Below, in pieces: positions 16,538 to 27,027 of a stretch of DNA of 64,000 nt; positions within the stretch are counted from its first letter, which is position 1, and every line of letters starts with the position of its first letter. Location: the UHGV virus genome UHGV-1451962. One strand, written 5' to 3'. Under the pieces are notes generated by a model, which saw nothing but the letters and a program-made list of their open reading frames with translations, made no database searches and was not told where the DNA came from. Source of the stretch: a virus. The position numbers were made by a program, and so were the translations under genes.

Positions 16538-16924
16538 TTAATCCCTCAATATAACAGGTGTTAATCCTGTTTTACTTTTTGTTTTATTACTATAATAACC
16601 TTTTCTCATTAAATCAATTTTTTCATCAATAATATTTCTATCCTTCAAACAAAGAATTCCAGCTAATCTATCATTATTACTATATTCATGTGAAGATACT
16701 ACAACCTTTTTAGGTGCAGAAGATACTTTTCCTTGCGATGATAAAATTAAACTTTCTTGCAGAATACTATCACTTGACCCTAATTTAGGATTATAAGGGG
16801 TAGTATTAAATTTAATTTTATTATTGTTAGTCTGATTTAATACAATCATTTTAATCAATTCATCTCTAGCTTCATCAGATAAATTATATTTATTTGCAAA
16901 GTTTAATATATCAGTAATTGTCAT
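16538..16924 (-). CDS. hypothetical protein
   Basis: 128-aa ORF. Confidence 0.4.
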   Translation of the reverse strand: MTITDILNFANKYNLSDEARDELIKMIVLNQTNNNKIKFNTTPYNPKLGSSDSILQESLILSSQGKVSSAPKKVVVSSHEYSNNDRLAGILCLKDRNIIDEKIDLMRKGYYSNKTKSKTGLTPVILRD

Positions 16925-17141
16925 ATCAATAATCTTCCTTTAGAATCATAAATAAATTTATTATGCTTCTCAATTCTTTCATTAATTAATCTTAATTTTT
17001 CTTGCTGAATATTTTTATTGGTTTGTTCATTTATTTTTCTACTATTTCTCCCCACTCTTTAATATTATTAATTTTTCCACTACAATATAAATTCATAGTA
17101 TTAAAACACATTTTTCTAAATAAACACCAATTTTTTCTACT

Positions 17142-17714
17142 TCAGCCATAACAAAAGTACGTGGTAGACTTCCACCAACCTGTGTCAACTTTACTCACCT
17201 CATAAGTTCCTTTTCCTTGGCGAAATTGCGCTTGATAAATTACATTTTTGGGGCAATTAACTCTACCTTCAAGCGCCAATCTAGCATTATCATAACATCT
17301 TTGTGAAATTTGCGGTCTTGCAGTTACGTACCATGCGGCATACTGCCGAGGCTGCATAACAACAGCCTTAACAGTACTGGGGAATCTGGAATCTGCAACT
17401 CTATTCAAAACTACTTGCGCCACTAATTGCTGATGGCGATCCGGGCAATTACCAGCTTCATAATGAATAACAGTAGCAAGAATCCGCAAATCTTCATCGG
17501 AATAAGTTTTAGTGTTATATACTTCCCACCAAACTTCTTTAGCTCTTGTTATAATAGGGTCGCTTTCCGGCAAACCCATAGAACGTGCAGTTTCTGCGAT
17601 ATTATGCGCCTTATCTAATTGCGCTGCTTTTTCAGCAGTAGTGAAACTGCACATAGTTAAAATACAAAAAATACTTGCGGCGATGAGGCCGCATTGTCGA
17701 AACTTTCTTTTCAT
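17142..17714 (-). CDS. SleB/CwlJ-like cell-wall hydrolase (candidate endolysin)
   Basis: signal-peptide-like N-terminus plus 'VIHYEAGNCPDRHQQLVAQVVLNRVADSRFPSTVKAVVMQPRQYAAW', typical of Hydrolase_2 / SleB. Confidence 0.6.
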   Translation of the reverse strand: MKRKFRQCGLIAASIFCILTMCSFTTAEKAAQLDKAHNIAETARSMGLPESDPIITRAKEVWWEVYNTKTYSDEDLRILATVIHYEAGNCPDRHQQLVAQVVLNRVADSRFPSTVKAVVMQPRQYAAWYVTARPQISQRCYDNARLALEGRVNCPKNVIYQAQFRQGKGTYEVSKVDTGWWKSTTYFCYG

Positions 17715-17727
17715 TTATTTCTCTCCT

Positions 17728-18327
17728 TTAATTTTTGTAATAGCCGTTAGCTAAACCTAACTCAATGGCTTTATCCGCAGGAATATACCATTCAGCTTTT
17801 CTGTTAATATAATCATCTAATGTCTCTTGCTCAATAGCAGAAGTAGAAGTAATTTCTTTACAAATAATTTTTTGTAATCTTAGTGTTTCATCTAATTCCT
17901 GTTTAATGCCCGCAGTTTTATCCCAAATCCACGAAGCAATATCATGGAACATTAAAGTTGAATGTTCACCTACATATCTCTTATGACCTGCAAGATAAAT
18001 CCAAAAACCCATACTCATACTAGAACCAATAGAAATAGTATACACCGGGGTTTTACTCTGTTTAATGACATCTACTAAACTAAGTCCATCATAAACACTA
18101 CCACCAAAACAGTTAATAAAGAGTTTAATAGGTTCTCTTTTCCAATCTTTATAATCTTCTTCTTTGCAATCGTCATCATAATTAATTTTCATAATTGTCT
18201 CAATAATATTTTTAACTGATTCTGCTTTAATATCTTCGCTTAGAAAAATATTGCGGTAGGTTGGAATAGGTTTACTCATAATCTTCAAAATCCTCCTCAT
18301 TCTCTTCTTCAAAAGAAGAACTTTCAA
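17728..18327 (-). CDS. ClpP-family serine protease (possible prohead protease)
   Basis: 'FINCFGGSVYDGLSLVDVIK...PVYTISIGSSMSMGFWIYLAG...LMFHD' resembles ClpP/S14 motifs. Confidence 0.5.
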   Translation of the reverse strand: MKVLLLKKRMRRILKIMSKPIPTYRNIFLSEDIKAESVKNIIETIMKINYDDDCKEEDYKDWKREPIKLFINCFGGSVYDGLSLVDVIKQSKTPVYTISIGSSMSMGFWIYLAGHKRYVGEHSTLMFHDIASWIWDKTAGIKQELDETLRLQKIICKEITSTSAIEQETLDDYINRKAEWYIPADKAIELGLANGYYKN

Positions 18328-18697
18328 TTTCTTCTGGATAAAAATAATTTATAGAATTATCTGGATAAATAACTAAAACCATTAAAGGTTTTCCTATTAC
18401 ATTAATTAATTGATTAGGTTTGTGGAATTCTACGTCATTCGCTTGCCGCATATGAACAGCAAAAGGCTCGAATGAAGTAATTTTAGATAAATCCCAATAG
18501 TCAATTACTTTATTTCTTTGATCTTTTGTTTTTCTATAAATAATTTCTACTATATCAATTCCATAATAAAATTGCGTTCCTTGCGGAAAATCTTCTCTGA
18601 CAAAACCCTGATAAGTCATTGTTAATTCTCCTTTTGTTAAAAAGTTATTTTCTTTAATCTTTAAAATTATTATAACATTATTTTTCTGTTTTGTCAA
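18272..18697 (-). CDS. hypothetical acidic protein
   Basis: 141-aa ORF with acidic C-terminus. Confidence 0.4.
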   Translation of the reverse strand: MTKQKNNVIIILKIKENNFLTKGELTMTYQGFVREDFPQGTQFYYGIDIVEIIYRKTKDQRNKVIDYWDLSKITSFEPFAVHMRQANDVEFHKPNQLINVIGKPLMVLVIYPDNSINYFYPEEIESSSFEEENEEDFEDYE

Positions 18698-18782
18698 AAA
18701 TAATTACTTTTAATAAAACTCGCCAAAGGCGAGTTTTATTAAAAATTTTTTTTCATTTTTAATTAATATATCTAAAAATTTT

Positions 18783-18812
18783 TTGACTTTTGTAGTTGCG
18801 ATGTAGTATAAT
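18783..18812 (+). promoter_or_regulatory. promoter for the plus-strand module (TTGACT-N18-TATAAT)
   Basis: TTGACT 18783-18788, TATAAT 18807-18812, RBS 'aaaggagatg' before ATG 18847. Confidence 0.5.
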
Positions 18813-18846
18813 AATAGTATAAGATAAAGGAGATGATTATTGTAAT

Positions 18847-19893
18847 ATGATTAAATTAGATTATACATTAGAATCTCCTGAAGAGCGTAAAGAATTAGTT
18901 GAAAAAATAATCGCAGAAAACCCTGATCTAAATTCTTCTTATTTAGAAGTGCTTGCGGATTATCTAATTCTTTGTATGGAAAAACAAGAGAAAAAAGAAA
19001 AGAAAATTTTAACAGAAAATCGTTTAACTACAGTTAATAAACGTGAAACTTCTTTTGAGGGTCTTGTCAGCCAGTTAGAAAATGGCGAAGACGGCATTTA
19101 TAATTTAATTTCTGAAAATAAAAATACAATTTTTCAACCTAAAATTTCAATTACTAAAAAAGATTTAGAAAATATACCTTATTTGCAGCAATTAAGAAAT
19201 ACAATTAATGATTGGGATGCCGTCCTTAAACGCACTTCAGGTAGAGATGCGTATATTATGAAAAAGGCTTTAATAGATATGCGGAAAGATCAATATATAA
19301 TAAAGCAAGCATATCAACGTCCAATTATTTTTAATAAATTAACTCGTTCATTGAGTGGTTTTATTAAACTAGAGGATAATTCTACTATTGATGAAGATGG
19401 AGAAGTACATATTAGTGGAGTTTCATTAATGAACCCTGAAATATGTTCTGCAATTTTATGTAACTATTCACGATTAAAGCAAGATAGTTATGATAATTTT
19501 GAAGGAGATACTTGGTATTTAATTCAATCTTTTGATGAAATTAGTGAGTTAGCTTTAGCTAATTTTCCCCTATATGAAAGATTAGTTGAATATAAAATTG
19601 ATGGAAAGCAGAATATTGAAATTCAACAATTATTACAAACAGAATTTGGTATTAAACATAGTTTAGAATATATTTCTAGTTTATGGCGGAATAAAATTCC
19701 TAAGCTAATAGCGCAAGCCGCCAAAGAAGATTTTATTTTTTGGCAATATAAACTTTTAAATAAACCTTTGAAAAAATGTTCAAAGTGTGGTCAACTTAAA
19801 CCAGCTCATAATGATTTCTTTTCAAAAAATAAAACAAGTAAAGATGGTTGGTACAGTATATGTAAATGTTGTAGAAACAAGAAAAGAGGTTAA
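18847..19893 (+). CDS. hypothetical protein with C-terminal Cys cluster
   Basis: 348 aa; 'CSKCGQLKP...CKCCRNK' at the C-terminus; first gene of the plus-strand block. Confidence 0.5.
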   Translation: MIKLDYTLESPEERKELVEKIIAENPDLNSSYLEVLADYLILCMEKQEKKEKKILTENRLTTVNKRETSFEGLVSQLENGEDGIYNLISENKNTIFQPKISITKKDLENIPYLQQLRNTINDWDAVLKRTSGRDAYIMKKALIDMRKDQYIIKQAYQRPIIFNKLTRSLSGFIKLEDNSTIDEDGEVHISGVSLMNPEICSAILCNYSRLKQDSYDNFEGDTWYLIQSFDEISELALANFPLYERLVEYKIDGKQNIEIQQLLQTEFGIKHSLEYISSLWRNKIPKLIAQAAKEDFIFWQYKLLNKPLKKCSKCGQLKPAHNDFFSKNKTSKDGWYSICKCCRNKKRG

Positions 19894-19897
19894 AATT

Positions 19898-21091
19898 ATG
19901 GCAGGAGAAACAGCTTATTGTGAAAAATGTGGTCGCACTATGTCAGTTAATCAATTTTATTTGTCTAAAAATCTTGAAAAATATCCTAATGGTGGTGTGA
20001 TGAGACAGTGCAAAAAATGTCTCACCATGCACGTAGATAACTGGGATCCAGAAACTTTCAAGTGGATTTTACAAGAAATTGATGTACCATACATTGAAGA
20101 TGAGTGGAATAAAGTATTAGAAAAATATAGTGCAGACCCCAAAAAACTTACAGGTACTACTATTCTTGGGCGCTATCTTTCTAAAATGAAGTTAAAGCAA
20201 TGGAAAAATTATCATTGGAAAGATACAGAAAAACTCCAAGAAGAAAATCGGCAAGAAAAAATTAAAATAATGCAAGCTGCGGGTTTATCAGGAGAAGAGA
20301 TTGAAAAAGAACTTAAAGTAGATCATCGACCAGATAAACCGGATCTTACACGAATTTTAGATTCTAAAGGTACTGACGTTTCTTCTTCTGATTTTCCTGA
20401 AGAAGAAGATGACTTTTCTGATAAACTTACTGAGGAAGATAAAACTTATTTGCGATTAAAATGGGGTAGAGGTTATCAACCAGAAGAATGGATTAAAATG
20501 GAACAGTTGTATGAAGATATGATGGCTTCTTATGATATTCAAAGTGCTGGTCATAAAGATACTCTTATTATGATTTGCAAAGCATCTTTGAAAGCTAATC
20601 AACTTATTGATGTTAATGATGTTGAAGGATTTCAAAAAATATCTAAAGTATATGATTCACTTATGAAGAGTGGTCGTTTTACTGCTGCTCAGAATAAAGA
20701 AGCAGATGGAGAATTTATTGATTCAATCGGTGAGTTAGTTAGTATTTGTGAAAAAGATGGTTTTATTCCTAAGTATTATGTAGATCAGCCAAAAGATAAA
20801 GTTGATAGAACATTAGAAGATATTCAAAATTATACAAGACGTTTAGTTTTGGAAGAAACTAATTTGGGTAATATGATTGAAGCTTCTATGAAAGAAATTC
20901 AAAGAGATAAAGAAAGAGAAGCATTAGCAAATACAGATGAAGTAGATTCAGAAGAAACTTTTGAAAAACAATTATTCAAAGATGAAGCTGAACCTATTAA
21001 AGATGAAGATTATTTAGAATTTAAGAAAATGGAACAAAAACAGCAAGAAGAGGATGATGCTTTCTATGCTTCTCTTGAGAGAGGAGAATGA
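19898..21091 (+). CDS. hypothetical zinc-ribbon protein (terminase small subunit not excluded)
   Basis: RBS 'aagaaaagaggt' then ATG 19898 (MAGETAYCEKCG...); CxxC...CxxC; acidic C-terminal half; lies just upstream of the terminase gene. Confidence 0.45.
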   Translation: MAGETAYCEKCGRTMSVNQFYLSKNLEKYPNGGVMRQCKKCLTMHVDNWDPETFKWILQEIDVPYIEDEWNKVLEKYSADPKKLTGTTILGRYLSKMKLKQWKNYHWKDTEKLQEENRQEKIKIMQAAGLSGEEIEKELKVDHRPDKPDLTRILDSKGTDVSSSDFPEEEDDFSDKLTEEDKTYLRLKWGRGYQPEEWIKMEQLYEDMMASYDIQSAGHKDTLIMICKASLKANQLIDVNDVEGFQKISKVYDSLMKSGRFTAAQNKEADGEFIDSIGELVSICEKDGFIPKYYVDQPKDKVDRTLEDIQNYTRRLVLEETNLGNMIEASMKEIQRDKEREALANTDEVDSEETFEKQLFKDEAEPIKDEDYLEFKKMEQKQQEEDDAFYASLERGE

Positions 21092-21720
21092 TAATGGCAT
21101 TACAACAATTATTAGAATTATCTAATAATAGAAAGAAAATAGGTATTTCAGAAGAGAGAATAAGAGCTATCTTGCCTGTTGCTCGTCAATATGTTTCTTT
21201 TTGGCGAGAATATCCAGATTTATTTGTGGATTTTTTACAGGATGGAGGAGATAGTTCTCGTAAAAAACAGCTAGAATTTTACTACTATCAGCGTGTCTTC
21301 CTTAGGGCTGCGATGCGCTACAAATATGTATACATGACCTTTCCTCGAGCGTACAGTAAATCTTTCCTTTCAATTTTGGTTTTGATGTGTCGTTGTGTAC
21401 TTTATCCTGGTGCAAAATTGTTTGTTACTTCTGGCGGTAAAGAGCAGGCAGCTACAATTGTGAAAGAAAAGGTAGAAGAAATATGTAAACTTGTACCAGC
21501 CTTTAAAAAAGAAATTGATTGGGGAAGAGGACAAACTCAAATTAGTAAAGATTATTGTATATATAAATTTAAAAGTGGTAGTTATTTTGATATTGTAGCA
21601 GCTAAAGAAAGTTCACGTGGTAAACGTAGACATGGTGGACTAGTTGAGGAATGCGTTGGTGTAGATGGAACTATATTAAATGAAGTGATAATCCCTAGTT
21701 CGTGGGGCCTTATAGCGTGA
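21088..21720 (+). CDS. terL: terminase large subunit, N-terminal (ATPase) portion; 3' end is an exon/intron junction, not a true stop
   Basis: 210-aa ORF with deviant Walker-A-like 'PRAYSKS'; partner ORF 23961..24971 carries the nuclease-domain motifs; RBS 'gagaggagaa' precedes ATG 21088 and 21094. Confidence 0.5.
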   Translation: MIMALQQLLELSNNRKKIGISEERIRAILPVARQYVSFWREYPDLFVDFLQDGGDSSRKKQLEFYYYQRVFLRAAMRYKYVYMTFPRAYSKSFLSILVLMCRCVLYPGAKLFVTSGGKEQAATIVKEKVEEICKLVPAFKKEIDWGRGQTQISKDYCIYKFKSGSYFDIVAAKESSRGKRRHGGLVEECVGVDGTILNEVIIPSSWGLIA

Positions 21721-21997
21721 GCTATAAGTGAAAATGACGTGAACCTAAGAAAAAAGGGTGTGAGATTTTTATCTTGCTAACGGTAAAGAGTCAAGAATAC
21801 CGTGCTAAGCCTAGAAATAGGAAAGTGTAGAGACTAGAACTGATGAGTGTAAGTTCGTAGAATGGAGTTTATCACCATTCGAAGCGCGTCACAACTAATT
21901 TTTTTGGACAAAAGTATATATATAGCATTTTATTTAAAAATAAATTATACATAGAAGGAATTATTCCTAAAATGAATATAAAAGGAGTTTAGATAAA

Positions 21998-22717
21998 ATG
22001 TGGAAAAAAATCATTTTAAATAATACAATTACTGATTATAGCGTATCAACAGAAGGAGAAGTAAAAAAAGATACTACAAATTACTTTTTATCTCAAAGTA
22101 TACAACAAGATTATAAATTTGTTTCTTTATTAATAAATGGACAAGTGAAAAGAATGCGAGTACATAGATTAGTAGCTATGACTTTTATTCCAAATCCAGA
22201 AAATAAACCTTATGTAAATCATATTAATGGAGATAAAGGAGATAATAATGTTGAAAATCTTGAATGGGTGACGCCTTCTGAAAATACTATTCATGCAGTA
22301 AAAACTGGTTTAATGTCAAATGGAAGAAAAAGACCTGTTATTCAATATAATTTAAATGGAGAAAAAATGGCTACTTTTGAAAGTGCTTCTGAAGCTGCTA
22401 GGCAAACAGGTGGTTCTCAAAGTAAAATTACTATGTGTTGTAGAAGGCAAAGAGAAAGTGCTAATGATTATCAATGGAGATATTATGATGATTTACAAGA
22501 CGTCCAAAAAATTGAAAAAAAATTTATAACTGGAAAAAAAGTTGCACAGTGTGATGAAGAAGGAAATATATTAAATATATATCCTAGTTATAAAAAAGCT
22601 GCTGAAGCAGTTAATGGAACTTCATCTGCAATTAGTCGTGTGTGTAGTGGAACGAATGTTAGACATAAAGGTTATAAATGGAAATTAGTTGAAGAGATAG
22701 TCCAAGAAAATATATAA
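21998..22717 (+). CDS. HNH homing endonuclease
   Basis: '[24 protein letters not shown]' HNH motif; 239 aa; embedded between the terL pieces. Confidence 0.75.
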   Translation: MWKKIILNNTITDYSVSTEGEVKKDTTNYFLSQSIQQDYKFVSLLINGQVKRMRVHRLVAMTFIPNPENKPYVNHINGDKGDNNVENLEWVTPSENTIHAVKTGLMSNGRKRPVIQYNLNGEKMATFESASEAARQTGGSQSKITMCCRRQRESANDYQWRYYDDLQDVQKIEKKFITGKKVAQCDEEGNILNIYPSYKKAAEAVNGTSSAISRVCSGTNVRHKGYKWKLVEEIVQENI

Positions 22718-22886
22718 ATATTTTTTGACAATGAACGTTTCACGTAGATGCATGGATGGTTCTGTCCACCCTGAAGAGTCCTTAAACAAGTCACAAATAT
22801 ACGTTAATTTTTTGGTCAAAAAAGTTACAAGAGTATAAGCTAATTTTCATTATAAATAGATGATATTAATGAAAAGAGGTTTAATT

Positions 22887-23669
22887 ATGTATTTTATTTA
22901 TAAAATTGAAAATTTAAAAAATCATAAAAAGTATATAGGTTTAACAAATAATATTGCTAGATGCAGAGCGAGACATTTTACTGATTTAAAAGGTGGATAT
23001 CACGATAATAAATTTTTACAAAAAGAATTTATTAGAGATGGAATTGAGAATTTTTCATTTGAGATTGTTTATTCTGGAGATATTTCTTATGAAGAGATAA
23101 GTGAAAAAGAAAGATATTATATAAAGGAATATGATTCATATTTTAATGGATATAATCAAAATGAAGGTGGTAATTTTGGCCCTTCAAATGGTGGAAGTCA
23201 TTTAACTAAATCTGATATTTTTAATATATTAGCGGCTTTAGAGTTTATGTCTAGGCCAGGACAAATTTTAGCTAATATGTATGATATTTCTAGAACTACT
23301 GTTAGTAGAATTAAACAAGGCGTTAATCATATTGAATTTAAAAATGAATATGATAATTTACCTTTAAATCAGCGCAAAGAAATTTATAGAATTTTTTGTG
23401 AAAGTTCTAATTTTTATGAAAATAAAGTAAATTCTACAATTATAAAGAGTAAACGTAAATTGAATGAAAAACAAGTTCATTTAATTCTTTTAAATGAAGA
23501 ATTAGGAAGAATTAGACCTATTACTGATTTAACTTATAAATTTAAACTTAATAGTGATAATACTATTTATACTATTTTAAGAAAAAAAAGTTATAAAGAT
23601 TATATATATAGTTACTCTAAATTAACTCAAGAACAAAAAAATGAATTAGCGTCGGCATTAAGAAATTAA
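22887..23669 (+). CDS. GIY-YIG homing endonuclease
   Basis: N-terminal 'MYFIYKIENLKNHKKYIGLTNNIARCRARH' GIY-YIG motif; RBS 'aaaagaggt' precedes ATG 22887 (ORF track start 22860). Confidence 0.75.
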   Translation: MYFIYKIENLKNHKKYIGLTNNIARCRARHFTDLKGGYHDNKFLQKEFIRDGIENFSFEIVYSGDISYEEISEKERYYIKEYDSYFNGYNQNEGGNFGPSNGGSHLTKSDIFNILAALEFMSRPGQILANMYDISRTTVSRIKQGVNHIEFKNEYDNLPLNQRKEIYRIFCESSNFYENKVNSTIIKSKRKLNEKQVHLILLNEELGRIRPITDLTYKFKLNSDNTIYTILRKKSYKDYIYSYSKLTQEQKNELASALRN

Positions 23670-23960
23670 TGTTTGTAATCTTTTGAATTGCGGGGAAGCC
23701 TGAGATGGTAATCCGCAGCTAAGCCTTTTAAAAAAGGAAAGTTCAACGACTAGTTCTTAGGAACGTAGAGAATAAGCGTTTGATTCTCGAAGCGGAAGAC
23801 CCCTAACGTAAAGCCGAGGGTGAAGAGATAGTCTATTCTGCATAGAATATGAATATGTAGCAGTTCATTAAAGAACGTATATAATGTAGCGAATTATATA
23901 GAATAAATAAGAACAACAGCCGGTTGGAAGAATACATTTCCATACGAAAAACTTATTACT

Positions 23961-24971
23961 TTGTTAGTACGTATGGTAGTTGATCCAGGGCAAAGTATTG
24001 TTATGGGTGGTTCTTGGCGTATACCTGTGTTAGTCGGATTATTAGATTCTGATTTCTTAATTAATTTAAAGCGTGACCCCACTTTTAATGAAGCTTCTTT
24101 TGGCCGAGAGTACGAGTCGATCTGGAGTGGAACTGTCGAAGATGCTTTCTTTAATAGTGAAGTTTTTGATAGAAATAGAAAAATTCAAAAGCCAGAATAT
24201 GAATATTCTGGAAGATCGTCTGCTTCTTCTTATTATGTAGTTTCTGTGGACGTTGGACGTAAAGGTTGCGATACAGTTGCCAGCATTTTAAAGGTTATCC
24301 CGCAACCACAAGGCCCATCTATTAAATCATTAGTTAATATAGTAACTATGGAAGATGAACATTTTGAAAATCAAGCTATTATGTTGAAAAAATTATATTA
24401 TAAATATAAAGCAAAACGCTTGGTGATAGATGCGAATGGCTTAGGCATTGGACTTATTGATTATATGATAAAAGTTCAAGAAGATGATAAAACAGGTGAA
24501 TATTATCCACCTTTTGGTGTTTATAATGATGAAGAAAATTATTATAAAAAATTTAGAACTGATGATACAGAAGATGAAGCAATGTATTTGATTAAAGCAA
24601 ATGCTACAATTAACACTGAAGCTCATGCTAATCTGCAAACACAATTAAATGCTGGTAAAGTAAAATTTTTACTTGATGAACGTGAAGCAATGATGAAATT
24701 AATGGAAACTAAATTGGGCCAAGGTATGACTCCACAAGAAAGGTCAAAATATGTTATTCCATTTAGTCTAACTTCTATACTTAAAGAAGAGTTAACTAAC
24801 CTTCGAGAAGAAAACGAAGGTGTTAATATTATTCTCAAACAAGTAAATAGAAAAATTAAAAAAGATAAAGTATCTTCTTTAGAATATGGTTTATACTACA
24901 TTAAACAAGAGGAAGATAATAGACGTAAACGCAAACATTTTAAGGTAGCAGATTTGATGTTTATGAACTAA
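23961..24971 (+). CDS. terL: terminase large subunit, C-terminal (nuclease) portion; 5' boundary approximate
   Basis: RNaseH-like nuclease motifs 'YVVSVDVGRKGCDT' and 'LVIDANGLGIGLIDYM'; no ATG start or RBS. Confidence 0.55.
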   Translation: MLVRMVVDPGQSIVMGGSWRIPVLVGLLDSDFLINLKRDPTFNEASFGREYESIWSGTVEDAFFNSEVFDRNRKIQKPEYEYSGRSSASSYYVVSVDVGRKGCDTVASILKVIPQPQGPSIKSLVNIVTMEDEHFENQAIMLKKLYYKYKAKRLVIDANGLGIGLIDYMIKVQEDDKTGEYYPPFGVYNDEENYYKKFRTDDTEDEAMYLIKANATINTEAHANLQTQLNAGKVKFLLDEREAMMKLMETKLGQGMTPQERSKYVIPFSLTSILKEELTNLREENEGVNIILKQVNRKIKKDKVSSLEYGLYYIKQEEDNRRKRKHFKVADLMFMN

Positions 24972-25014
24972 GAGTAAAAACTCTTAGTTCATAAATTTAA
25001 AAGGTGGTGAAATA

Positions 25015-25371
25015 ATGAGGGCTTCAAGAGCAGAAATTAAAATTGAAGAAATTTTAAGAAATAATAATCTTAATTTTAAAGAAGAATACGAGTTTCCTGG
25101 TTTAGCAAGTTCAAATGGAAGACCTCTTAGATTTGATTTTGCTGTTTTTGATGATGATGATAATTTAGATTTTTTAATTGAATATCAAGGAAAACAGCAT
25201 TACATGCCAGTTAGTAAATTTGGTGGTAGTAGAGGATTACATCAACAGAATTATAATGATAAGCAAAAGCGTAGATTTTGTGCATTAAAAAATATAAATT
25301 TGATAGAAATTCCCTATACCGAAGAAAATTTAATCAGTTATGATTATATTATGAAAAAAGCTGGATATTAA
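25015..25371 (+). CDS. small putative endonuclease (PD-(D/E)xK-like) or free-standing homing-endonuclease-like protein
   Basis: 118 aa, 'RFDFAVFDDDDNLDFLIEYQGKQHY'; sits between terL and portal, a common homing-endonuclease site; weak call. Confidence 0.3.
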   Translation: MRASRAEIKIEEILRNNNLNFKEEYEFPGLASSNGRPLRFDFAVFDDDDNLDFLIEYQGKQHYMPVSKFGGSRGLHQQNYNDKQKRRFCALKNINLIEIPYTEENLISYDYIMKKAGY

Positions 25372-25390
25372 TAGGAGGTGAATTATTTAA

Positions 25391-27013
25391 ATGCGAGATA
25401 GACAAGTAGAAATTAAAAATAAAGGTTTTAATATGCTACACGGAAATCCTATTACTAAATCAGAATATGAAGCTCAATTTGGAAAAGATAGCGTACCAGA
25501 AGATTTTTCAAAAATTCGAGTAGGCTTAAAAACTTTAGATGATGCGGTAATGAATTTAGGTATTTATAGAAAAGTAAACCGCAATTATGGCGATAAGGCT
25601 TTTATTCTTAATGCTATTGATAAACATGATTACGAAACTTTAAGAGAAGTTTCTAAATACTTTTATGAGGCTAGTGGTATTTATCAAAGAATGTGTAAAT
25701 ATTTAGCTCTATTGTATAAATATGATTGGTTTGTTACTACTTCTTTTGTTAATAATAATCGGGCTAAAGAATCAAAAAAAGTATTAAATGATTTTATGAA
25801 AGCTTTGGATTATTTAGATAATTCTGATATTAAACGTCTTTTTGGAAATATTGCATTAGAAGTAATTAAATGTGGTTCTTACTATGGTTATATTTTAGAA
25901 TTTAGTGATAAATTTAGTATACAACAGTTACCCGCAAAGTATTGCCGCAGTAGATTTAATAGAGGTATTGATCCTGTTGTTGAATTGCATATGAGTTTTT
26001 TTAATGTTTATTTTACTGATCCGCAATATAGAATAAAAGTTTTAAAAATGTTTCCTAAAGAAATTCAAAAAGCTTATGTAGATTATGAAGAAAATAGACT
26101 TAAAGGTGACTATCCTGGAGATTCAATGGGTTGGGCAATGTTAGACCCAGATTGTACTGTAAAATTTAATTTAGGCGATAATGATTTTCCTATGTTGGTA
26201 GGAGCAATTCCTTCAATTATAGATTTAGATCAGGCGCAAGAATTAGATAGAAAAAAAACTATGCAGCAATTATTAAAAATTGTTATTCAAAAATTACCAT
26301 TAGATAAAAATGGTGATTTAATTTTTGACGTTGATGAAGCAAAAGATATACATAATAATGCGGTTGCGATGCTTCGTCGGGCAGTGGGAGTGGATGTTCT
26401 TACTACTTTTGCTGATATTGATGTTGCAGATATGCAAGATTCTAATAGTACAACTAAAACTGATGATTTAGAAAAAGTTGAACGTACTGTTTATAATAAT
26501 TTGGGTGTTTCTCAAAATCTATTTAATACAGATGGTAATTTATCTTTGGAAAAATCAATAGCCAATGATGAAGCAGTAATGAGAGATTTGATTTATCAAT
26601 ATCAAAATCTTTTAAATAGAATTGTTAAAAAGTTTAATAAAAATTCTTATAATTTTAAAGTTTGCATTTTAGAGACAACTATTTATAATTATAAAGATTT
26701 ATCCAAAATGTATAAAGAACAAACTCAAATTGGTTATTCAAAAATGTTACCGCAAATTGCTTTGGGACATTCTCAATCAAGTATTTTAGCTTCTATTCAG
26801 TTTGAGAATGATATATTGAAACTTTCTGATATTATGATTCCTCCTATGATGAGTTCTACTATGAGTAGTAAAAACCTTAATAATAATAAAGATAATAATA
26901 ATAATGCTCAGGCTAAAATACAACAACAGCAAGAAACTGGAGCTGGCAGACCTGAAAAAGCAGATGAACAGAAAAGTGATAAAACAATAGCTAATAGAGC
27001 AGCTATGAATTAA
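25391..27013 (+). CDS. portal protein (by position and size)
   Basis: 540 aa, immediately downstream of terminase, strong RBS 'aggaggtg'. Confidence 0.5.
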   Translation: MRDRQVEIKNKGFNMLHGNPITKSEYEAQFGKDSVPEDFSKIRVGLKTLDDAVMNLGIYRKVNRNYGDKAFILNAIDKHDYETLREVSKYFYEASGIYQRMCKYLALLYKYDWFVTTSFVNNNRAKESKKVLNDFMKALDYLDNSDIKRLFGNIALEVIKCGSYYGYILEFSDKFSIQQLPAKYCRSRFNRGIDPVVELHMSFFNVYFTDPQYRIKVLKMFPKEIQKAYVDYEENRLKGDYPGDSMGWAMLDPDCTVKFNLGDNDFPMLVGAIPSIIDLDQAQELDRKKTMQQLLKIVIQKLPLDKNGDLIFDVDEAKDIHNNAVAMLRRAVGVDVLTTFADIDVADMQDSNSTTKTDDLEKVERTVYNNLGVSQNLFNTDGNLSLEKSIANDEAVMRDLIYQYQNLLNRIVKKFNKNSYNFKVCILETTIYNYKDLSKMYKEQTQIGYSKMLPQIALGHSQSSILASIQFENDILKLSDIMIPPMMSSTMSSKNLNNNKDNNNNAQAKIQQQQETGAGRPEKADEQKSDKTIANRAAMN

Positions 27014-27027
27014 GGAGGAAAAATAAT

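Larger units (their letters stand above)
21721..23960 (+). other. intervening sequence in terL: putative group I intron(s) carrying two homing endonuclease genes
   Basis: GC-richer, structured-looking non-coding segments (21730-21900, 22720-22800, 23670-23900) flank the HNH and GIY-YIG ORFs; exact splice sites not determined. Confidence 0.5.
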
